Shown here: piece after piece, positions 20,448 to 27,308 of the stretch | Numbering within the stretch: the stretch's first letter is position 1 | Layout: each line of letters begins with the position of its first letter | DNA from: an uncultured Pseudomonadales bacterium | GTDB taxonomy: Bacteria > Patescibacteriota > Microgenomatia > UBA1400 > MFAQ01 | Length of the DNA stretch: 64,000 bases | Direction of reading: 5' to 3' | NCBI GenBank assembly: GCA_964487665.1 | Contig: CAZARR010000002.1 | Location: 8,597-72,596 of the forward strand | The notes under the pieces: model-generated | The model's database searches: none | Seen by the model: the letters and a program-made list of their open reading frames with translations, nothing else | What the model was told of the DNA's origin: nothing | Position numbers and translations under genes: made by a program

Positions 20448-21443
20448 TTAGAATTTTATTTTCATTGCATCTTTCATCTGATCAACTATTTCCTCAGCAA
20501 TCTCACTAACCTTCCTTGATCCTGCAACTGCCCTTGCCAAGAGCTCATCCTTTTTACCCTCTGCCACAAGGCGCCTTTCTCTTATAGGACTCAAAACCTT
20601 GTTCATTACCTCGAACAATCTCTCCTTAACCTCTACATCCCCCACCTTTCCTTCCCTATAGCGCCTCTTTAACTCCTCAACCTCAACTAAATTTTCATTA
20701 AATAGGTCATGGTACTCAAAAGCGATATTTCCCTCAACTGTTCCTGGATCAGTAACGTGAATTCGGCTTGGGTCTGTGTATACCTTCATTATCTTTACCC
20801 TCAGTTCTTCTTCACTATCAGACAGGAAAATGCAATTATTCAGGCTTTTTCCCATTTTTGAATTGCCATCAGTACCAGGAACATTTTTCTCTACCCCAAA
20901 AAGCGCTTGCGGCTCGTGTAAAACAGACACTCCGTATGTATCGTTAAACTTCCTCGCCAGGTCTCGAGTGCTTTCAACCATTGGAGCCTGATCTTTTCCC
21001 GCTGGGACCAGATCAGCATTAACGCATAAGATATCTCCCGCTTGGTGGATAGGATACATAAAAAAGCCCAATGGCGTACTCTCTTCCATACCTTTCTGAG
21101 CCAACTCCGTCTTTATCGTTGGATTGTGGGAAATCTGTTGCACTGTTACAAAATTAGACAGATAGACAAAAATTTCATGGATCTGTTTTACCTCGCTTTG
21201 AATAAATACCGTCGTCTTTTCAAAATCAATTCCTACAGCAAAGTAATCGCAAAGCAACCCCAAAACACTCTCTCGTACTTTAGCTGGGTTATCAAAGTTG
21301 TCCGTTAGCGCTTGTACATTGGCGATTTCCACAAATTGCTCATACTCATCCTGCAATCTAACCCTGTTAAGAAGCGACCCCTTCAAATGCCCAATATGCA
21401 ACCTCCCCGTAGGCCTATCACCTGTCAATATTCTTTTCTTCAT
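20448..21443 (-). CDS. trpS: tryptophan--tRNA ligase
   Basis: LTGDRPTGRLHIGH, YPIHQAGDI, VPAGKDQ, KMGKS. Confidence 0.96.
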   Translation of the reverse strand: MKKRILTGDRPTGRLHIGHLKGSLLNRVRLQDEYEQFVEIANVQALTDNFDNPAKVRESVLGLLCDYFAVGIDFEKTTVFIQSEVKQIHEIFVYLSNFVTVQQISHNPTIKTELAQKGMEESTPLGFFMYPIHQAGDILCVNADLVPAGKDQAPMVESTRDLARKFNDTYGVSVLHEPQALFGVEKNVPGTDGNSKMGKSLNNCIFLSDSEEELRVKIMKVYTDPSRIHVTDPGTVEGNIAFEYHDLFNENLVEVEELKRRYREGKVGDVEVKERLFEVMNKVLSPIRERRLVAEGKKDELLARAVAGSRKVSEIAEEIVDQMKDAMKIKF

Positions 21444-21487
21444 GGCCTAATTCTCAATTGTCTACGCTCAATTGTCAATTTATTTAG

Positions 21488-21561
21488 TAGCAGGGGTGGG
21501 GATCGAACCCACGACCTGCGGTTTATGAATCCGCCGCTCTGACCATCTGAGCTACCCTGCC
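21488..21561 (-). tRNA. tRNA-Met(CAU), elongator type
   Basis: GGCAGGG TA GCTC AGATGGTCA GAGC G GCGGA TTCATAA ACCGC AGGTC GTGGG TTCGATC CCCAC CCCTGCT A; CCA not encoded; A31.A39 mismatch. Confidence 0.9.
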
Positions 21562-21636
21562 GCGCTACTCACTTTTTATAGTGTAACCAAACAAAGCCGC
21601 ACGCACAGTATTTTACCACCATCTGAGGCTTAAATA

Positions 21637-21645
21637 TGTTAAAAT
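21637..21645 (+). promoter_or_regulatory. extended -10 promoter (TGtTAAAAT) for the initiator-type tRNA
   Basis: TG at 21637-38, TAAAAT at 21640-45, 11 nt before the tRNA 5' end. Confidence 0.55.
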
Positions 21646-21656
21646 TAACAGCTGCA

Positions 21657-21732
21657 TGCGGGGGGGAGGTAAGTATCTCGTGAGGCTCATAATCTCACTC
21701 AAGCGGGGAGCGTAACCCCGCCCCCGCAACCA
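21657..21732 (+). tRNA. initiator-type tRNA-Met(CAU), non-canonical D and T arms
   Basis: TGCGGGG GG GAGG TAAGTA TCTC G TGAGG CTCATAA TCTCA CTCAA GCGGGG AGCGTAA CCCCGC CCCCGCA ACCA; fMet-like acceptor stem, A11:U24, CAU loop, encoded CCA. Confidence 0.8.
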
Positions 21733-22111
21733 ATTCAAACCACTTTACCCAATTTGGTACCTCTTTTCTATCCGATAACAACTCATCGCTCCCTTTTGTT
21801 GCCATGGCCGCCTTACCATCAACCTCCCAACCTTTAACACGCACCAGTCGATCTCCCGGTATCTGCATATCTAGATCATCCCGTATTACCCTTTCGACAT
21901 AAGCGGAGCTGGTCGCTTCACGTACCTTTTGCGCCAAATTCTGGTTTTTTACCCTTTCCTGCTCAAGCTCGTCTCGGGCGACACTGATTCTTTTAGACGC
22001 CATTATCAATTCCCGCAAACTACTACCCATATTTAAAATCATTATTGCCCCGACAAACCAGAAAACCAAGTTCACCCACCCAACCCGATTCACCCCGTCC
22101 TTGACACCCAT
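21695..22111 (-). CDS. septum formation initiator (FtsB/DivIC-like)
   Basis: Single TM, coiled coil, YVERVIRDDLDM..PGD; last 38 nt antisense to the tRNA. Confidence 0.75.
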   Translation of the reverse strand: MGVKDGVNRVGWVNLVFWFVGAIMILNMGSSLRELIMASKRISVARDELEQERVKNQNLAQKVREATSSAYVERVIRDDLDMQIPGDRLVRVKGWEVDGKAAMATKGSDELLSDRKEVPNWVKWFELVAGAGLRSPLE

Positions 22112-22138
22112 CTACAAGGATAGTATCATATTGACCTG

Positions 22139-22161
22139 TAATATCATAAAAAGTGATATTA
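22139..22161. promoter_or_regulatory. inverted repeat TAATATCA-N7-TGATATTA overlapping the putative recombinase promoter
   Basis: Perfect 8-bp arms at 22139-46 and 22154-61, between TTGACC (22131-36) and TGaTATTAT (22154-62). Confidence 0.5.
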
Positions 22162-22195
22162 TTTATTAACCGATAAATCAGTCAAAAACTCTTTA

Positions 22196-23071
22196 ATGGT
22201 TGACCCAAACACACCGTTCAAACAGCTAATTCGGGACTTCAAGACCGACCTAGAAAGCCAGGGAAGAGCCTCGGCTACCATTCTCGCCTATACCAAAGAC
22301 GTAGAACAGCTAGCAGACTTTGTCGAGAAACTTGGCAAGTTATCTCCCCAGACGATAGATCAAGCTGACATAGACAATTACAAAACTTTTTGCGAAGGCA
22401 AAAACTTCACACCAAAGTCGATATCTCGAAAAATCAACTCCATAAAGTCATTTTTTCGTTATTTGGAAGCAAAAAATATTGTTGGTCAAAACCCAGCTGC
22501 CCAAGTGTCCCACCCCCGTTATGACATCAAACCCCCACGCATCCTCTCTAAGCTCGAGTACAGAGCTTTGCGCGACACATGCAGAGACAATGCGCGCATG
22601 GCCGCTATCGTCGAACTTTTGCTTCAAACCGGTATGCGAATTTCTGAGGTGGCCAACCTTGACACCACCGATTTAAATACTGTAGACAATAAAATCAACG
22701 TCAAAGCCTACGAATCTCACGAAAGTCGTACCGTTCCATTAAATGACGCAGCCAAACAAGCTCTGCAGAACTACCTTAGCGAAAGACCAAAGACCATGTC
22801 AACCAAACTGTTTGTCACTAAAACTGGTAATCCGTTTTTGGTACGTAATATCCGTTCAAGCATCGATCGTTTCTTTCGTATGGCCGGGATAGAAGACGCC
22901 AAAGTCAATGATCTTAGACACACTTTTATTGCCCACCAGCTAATGTCCGGCGCCCCCCTTGTCTATATCAGCAAGTTAGCCGGACACAAACGTCTTTCCA
23001 CCACTGAAAAGTATCTGGAATTTATCCAAAACAAGACCAACCACGATCGACCTAAGCTAGAAAATCTTTGA
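22196..23071 (+). CDS. XerC/XerD-like tyrosine recombinase
   Basis: N-terminal SAM-like domain (TILAY..D, SISRKINSIKSFF), TGMRISE, NDLRHTF, LAGH..LSTTEKY. Confidence 0.92.
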   Translation: MVDPNTPFKQLIRDFKTDLESQGRASATILAYTKDVEQLADFVEKLGKLSPQTIDQADIDNYKTFCEGKNFTPKSISRKINSIKSFFRYLEAKNIVGQNPAAQVSHPRYDIKPPRILSKLEYRALRDTCRDNARMAAIVELLLQTGMRISEVANLDTTDLNTVDNKINVKAYESHESRTVPLNDAAKQALQNYLSERPKTMSTKLFVTKTGNPFLVRNIRSSIDRFFRMAGIEDAKVNDLRHTFIAHQLMSGAPLVYISKLAGHKRLSTTEKYLEFIQNKTNHDRPKLENL

Positions 23072-23072
23072 A

Positions 23073-23393
23073 CTATCGCTTTACCATCCGCTTAAGACCG
23101 TCGATAGTCACTCTCGACAGAAACCCTAGAACCTCATTTATCTTCTCAATTTCTCCGATAGCTAGACTCAGCCAACCTTGGCTACTTAACCTATTATCTT
23201 CAATCATAACCAGAGCTCTTTTTACGTTGTTTATCTCTAGAATTTGACCATTCACCTCATCTTCAATCACCACAGTTACTGGGTGCCCTCCCCCACCCAC
23301 ACCTAGATTACCAGAAACCACAACTTGGTTATCTCCGTCACTAGAGGCACTCGCATACCCCAACATTCGATCTCGTCTTTCTCTTTTTTTCAT
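23073..23393 (-). CDS. hypothetical protein (106 aa)
   Basis: ATG ORF filling the gap exactly; no motif recognised. Confidence 0.55.
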   Translation of the reverse strand: MKKRERRDRMLGYASASSDGDNQVVVSGNLGVGGGGHPVTVVIEDEVNGQILEINNVKRALVMIEDNRLSSQGWLSLAIGEIEKINEVLGFLSRVTIDGLKRMVKR

Positions 23394-23444
23394 CTTGGTA
23401 TTGTGGAGGTATATTACAATACTAACTTCACTTAAGCTATCGAG

Positions 23445-24254
23445 TTAAACCCCCAATTTCTCCTGCCTTTGGCGAACGGCCTCAAACAAAAACAGAGCAC
23501 CCGCTACCGTGACATTTAAACTATCCATCGGGCCATGCATATCAATTCGCACGGTTACCCCACCCTTACCTAAATCCCTACTAACCCCAGCATGTTCATT
23601 ACCTACCACCAGTGCACAAGGACGAGTAAGATCCTGTTTTGTATACAAGACCTTTCCCTTCGGTGAGGTTATAACCGGAGTAATTCCCCGTTTTTCCATC
23701 CACTCGCGACATATTCGAGTAGAAGTAGTTATGCATGCTATTGCGAAAACCGAACCAAGTGACGAATGGACACAAGCTGGGTCATAAAATACGGTACGCG
23801 GATCGCAAAGAATTACTGCATCTACCCCCGCTGCGGCCGATGTTCGAACCAGAACCCCAAGACTGCCTGGCTTTTCTATAGACTCGGCTACAAGTATTAA
23901 CGGATTTGTCGGTAGGGGGACGGTTTCGAGAGTGTAACGCTCAACCCATTGTACGATCGCCACACACCCCAGAGATCCTTCCCGTTTAGACAACTTATCA
24001 AGGATTTCCTCGCTTGTCTCTTCTACCCGCACCCGACTCTGTCTGCATTGATCGATTAGCTCACTATCTGAAATTGTGGTTTTAGAAGGCGCATACAATA
24101 CACTTAATATTTCCCCGCCGTTAGCAAAAATATGTCTAAGTGTAAGAAACCCCTCCAGCACCGTGCATCGCGTTTGTTTTCTTTTCCGAGCGTTTTGCAA
24201 CAGTAGGCGAACTTGCTTGACTAAAGGGTTGTGAATACTTGTAATCACTGGCAA
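23445..24254 (-). CDS. TrmH/SpoU family SPOUT RNA methyltransferase
   Basis: ITSIHNPLVK, LEG, EKPGSLGVLVRT, VVGNEHAG, IDMHG.MDSLNV; real start TTG 24254 or GTG 24248, the ORF-track extension runs through the tRNA. Confidence 0.9.
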   Translation of the reverse strand: MPVITSIHNPLVKQVRLLLQNARKRKQTRCTVLEGFLTLRHIFANGGEILSVLYAPSKTTISDSELIDQCRQSRVRVEETSEEILDKLSKREGSLGCVAIVQWVERYTLETVPLPTNPLILVAESIEKPGSLGVLVRTSAAAGVDAVILCDPRTVFYDPACVHSSLGSVFAIACITTSTRICREWMEKRGITPVITSPKGKVLYTKQDLTRPCALVVGNEHAGVSRDLGKGGVTVRIDMHGPMDSLNVTVAGALFLFEAVRQRQEKLGV

Positions 24255-24282
24255 TATTCTTAAATAACCTAATTCAATTTTG

Positions 24283-24356
24283 TAGGCCGGGCAGGATTCG
24301 AACCTGCGACATCGAAGGTATAAGCTTCGCGCTCTAACCAACTGAGCTACCGGCCT
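24283..24356 (-). tRNA. tRNA-Ile(UAU)
   Basis: AGGCCGG TA GCTC AGTTGGTTA GAGC G CGAAG CT TAT AC CTTCG ATGTC GCAGG TTCGAAT CCTGC CCGGCCT A; anticodon TAT at 24320-22; all stems paired; TATAAT upstream. Confidence 0.92.
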
Positions 24357-24390
24357 TCGGACCCGACTATTATAAATCAAACTGACTAAA

Positions 24391-26715
24391 CTAAAGCTTG
24401 GCTCGTCTCTCGATTATTTCTTCGACCTCTTTCTCGTCCACGCCATACTTAAGTCTCGACATTTCTCGAATTAACCTCGCCACCTCCTTGCTTCCCTGGG
24501 CTCTTTCGGCTATCAAATCCCTTTTTACGTCCATGCTGAACGAAGGTACGGGAGTACCATTGACAATTGACTTTGCATAGAGAGTTTGTGCTGGAATATT
24601 TTGCAAATCGTTATCGTTAAATTGTGGGGTGAAAACGTCCTGCAACACCTTGGCATCATTTACACCCACTCTGTAGCTCATTACAGTCCCTACATTTCCA
24701 AAAATAGCATCTCTTACCTGTTCATCGAGTTGGCTCACAAACTGGTTTGCCAACACTAATCCAAGTGCATATTTCCTCGCTTCAGATAACATTTGAGCAA
24801 AGTCAGGGGTAGCAAAGTTTTGAAACTCGTCAACGTACAAATAAAAAGGTCGTCGCTCCGACTTTGGAATATCTTGCCTCGACAAAGCCGCCTGAAGCAC
24901 CTTTGGAACCAATACTAACCCCAAAAAGTTTGAATCCTCCTCTCCCAACAAGCCTTTCGCTAGTTTCAAAAAGACAATTTTTCCTTCGTCCATGGCTTTG
25001 CGAAAATTCAGCGTACTTACCGATTGACCAATGATGTTCCTGATCAACTTATTAGTTACAAAACGGCCAAATTTCGAAGCGATATAATCCAAAGTCTCCG
25101 ATTTGTGAAAGTCGCTTGTTTGGGCAATCTGATCAGTCCAATATCGACGCACGATTGGATCAGTCACTTTTGGTAACAACTCCTGAACGTACTTATTGTC
25201 TGTCAATGCTCTGTTAACCTCCACAAAAGTTGCTCCAGGCTCCACTGCTACCGTTAGCATTGCATTTCGAATCGCATGTTCAAACCTAGGGCCAATAATT
25301 CCAGTCTTATGTGGGTCATAAAGTTTGTACATCAAATTGATGATCGAGCTGGCAACGAAATGCATTTCCTCAATGTTCCGCACCTCCAACAGGTTAAAAC
25401 CCACAGGCATTTCTCTATCACTTGGGTCAAAAACAATAACGTCTTCAGCCCGCTCCGGCGGAACCATCTCCAATAGCTCCTCAATTCCATCTCCGTGTGG
25501 TTCCAGGAAACACAACCCCTTTCCTGCCCTCATATCCTGAATAATCATTGACTTTAACAACTCTGTCTTTCCCGTACCAGTCCTACCGATAATGTACATG
25601 TGGCGCATGCGGTCCTCCTCCGAAATATAAATATTTCGTTCCTTACCACGATAAATCGACCTACCCAACCACATCCCACTTTCAGGAAATCCTCCTGTTG
25701 CGGGCGCTGACTTGGCTGTCAACCAAAAAATATGTGGCGTTTCCACTGTTTTGTTAGGCATGTGCCACACCGTCGCTAATTCTTCACCTGACAACACCGA
25801 GTTATTCCCGAACAAAGATTGATACCGATAAACGAAATCAAGCATAAAACCGCTCTTAATTCGAATCTTTTTACTAGTAAATCCGTTCTGGTCCCCATTA
25901 AACTGAGCAAAGGCGCTTTTTAAGTTAGACAAATTAGCCTTGGCCTCTCCCTCCGTTGCTGCAGTACTTACAATTCTGATCGTTGTCAAAAACCCTGGTT
26001 TACCAATCTTGTTATCAATGGCCTCCAAATCTGCTGGGCTTATTTTAAACTTAGCCTTCTCGGGATCAGCTTCGCTTTTTTTAGTTTTTGAAATATACCC
26101 CTCCCCATTTTTTTTCCAGGCCGAGTCCGCAGGCGCCACAATTATTTGAACCGCTGCGGCTTGCCCGATAGCAAATTTCGAAAGGGAGGTGGTAATGGCC
26201 GCCAACGGATCGGTTGGCAACTCTTTGTAGGTCTTGATTGGTTTAAAGCTTTCCGAGCGCAAAACTAACTCTGCAAAAGCAACTTTTCCTCCTTTAGAGA
26301 ATATTGAATGCTCGTCCACCTCCTTTACCTGCACCCCCGGATACGCCCCCGACAGCTGCTTTTCAATTAACTCCACATTATCTAGATGACAACTGACATA
26401 AAACCTCACATCTTCTTTTTTGCCAACAATTTCAAAGGAAATGTGTGGTTGTGCTTTAAACCTTTGCCAGAATCCCCCCTTTTTTATTGAACTCAAAGCT
26501 GAGAACATCTGTTCAGCAGCATCTATCTTTACCTCATTATCTCTTGGAACCGCGACCTCAAGTAAAACAAACTTCAGGCTGACCTCCTCGCGATTGCTAA
26601 AACGTAAATACTGTAAAAACACCATCAACCCGATGGCCAACACAGCAACAAAAACCCCCAATATTAGCGCTCCGCCAAAAACGTAATAAGCAACTGTTGC
26701 CAAATCTATAGTCAT
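24391..26715 (-). CDS. membrane-anchored VirB4/TraG/HerA-like ATPase
   Basis: N-terminal TM, RHMYIIGRTGTGKT, LYVDEFQNF, SEARKYALGLVLANQF. Confidence 0.88.
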   Translation of the reverse strand: MTIDLATVAYYVFGGALILGVFVAVLAIGLMVFLQYLRFSNREEVSLKFVLLEVAVPRDNEVKIDAAEQMFSALSSIKKGGFWQRFKAQPHISFEIVGKKEDVRFYVSCHLDNVELIEKQLSGAYPGVQVKEVDEHSIFSKGGKVAFAELVLRSESFKPIKTYKELPTDPLAAITTSLSKFAIGQAAAVQIIVAPADSAWKKNGEGYISKTKKSEADPEKAKFKISPADLEAIDNKIGKPGFLTTIRIVSTAATEGEAKANLSNLKSAFAQFNGDQNGFTSKKIRIKSGFMLDFVYRYQSLFGNNSVLSGEELATVWHMPNKTVETPHIFWLTAKSAPATGGFPESGMWLGRSIYRGKERNIYISEEDRMRHMYIIGRTGTGKTELLKSMIIQDMRAGKGLCFLEPHGDGIEELLEMVPPERAEDVIVFDPSDREMPVGFNLLEVRNIEEMHFVASSIINLMYKLYDPHKTGIIGPRFEHAIRNAMLTVAVEPGATFVEVNRALTDNKYVQELLPKVTDPIVRRYWTDQIAQTSDFHKSETLDYIASKFGRFVTNKLIRNIIGQSVSTLNFRKAMDEGKIVFLKLAKGLLGEEDSNFLGLVLVPKVLQAALSRQDIPKSERRPFYLYVDEFQNFATPDFAQMLSEARKYALGLVLANQFVSQLDEQVRDAIFGNVGTVMSYRVGVNDAKVLQDVFTPQFNDNDLQNIPAQTLYAKSIVNGTPVPSFSMDVKRDLIAERAQGSKEVARLIREMSRLKYGVDEKEVEEIIERRAKL

Positions 26716-27074
26716 CCTGTTGTATAGAATACCCTTCCAGGATATTTTTTAATCATCATCAAACACCACTCTGAAAGCCATCGTATCCCCTCCGCTATTT
26801 TACTATGCAACCCGCTCTTCAGCTCCTCCTCAGTCAAAGGAAGGGTGATATTGGCCATTCCCGATGTAGTCGGTGAAGATGCTGTAGTTTGAGTACCAGT
26901 AGTGCTAGCCTGGCTACTAGTTACAATTTGCGCCTGACTCTGACCATTTGGCACAAAGGCTTCGCCTCTCTCAGATTGCTTCTCAATCTTCTCGATATAA
27001 CCCTCAACCTGACGTAAGGCATCAGGACTTATCCCAGAAGACACCAAATCATGTTCCTGTCTCGCAGTAGCCAT
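26712..27074 (-). CDS. hypothetical protein (120 aa)
   Basis: TATATT just upstream of ATG; ATGA overlap with the ATPase; C-terminal LPLTEEE...RWLSEWC. Confidence 0.7.
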   Translation of the reverse strand: MATARQEHDLVSSGISPDALRQVEGYIEKIEKQSERGEAFVPNGQSQAQIVTSSQASTTGTQTTASSPTTSGMANITLPLTEEELKSGLHSKIAEGIRWLSEWCLMMIKKYPGRVFYTTG

Positions 27075-27308
27075 ACTATTAATATACCAAGAAATTCCAC
27101 ATTAACTGTCACTAGAAAATTTACCAAAACAAACAATTTTATTGCCGACAAATCTAGTTTAGGGCGACAAATCAACAAGTTTACTACTACGCCCACCCAT
27201 TAGCACTCGAGGCACCAAAATGACAACCAAACGATTACTACCTATCTTTAAACCACTTTTCCCAATCGCTGTCAATACCCCAACTTTATCAGACCTCTAG
27301 TCTATCAA

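Noticed and set aside
21617-21644. ATATGTTAAAA resembling the XerD arm of dif
   Set aside because: No XerC-like arm; better explained as the extended -10 of the tRNA.
22196-24356. Genomic island or prophage integrated at a tRNA
   Set aside because: No duplicated tRNA 3' end seen, no phage or transfer cargo, and the recombinase looks like a short Xer type.
24255-24380. N-terminal extension of the SPOUT ORF in the track
   Set aside because: It reads through the tRNA-Ile gene; homology begins at ITSIHNP.
24391-26715. Conjugative element from the VirB4/TraG-like ATPase
   Set aside because: No relaxase or other T4SS genes nearby; such lone ATPases are common in CPR chromosomes.
27200-27226. CIRCE-like element
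   Set aside because: Left arm TTAGCACTC is perfect but the right arm matches only 5 of 9 and no chaperone gene is adjacent.
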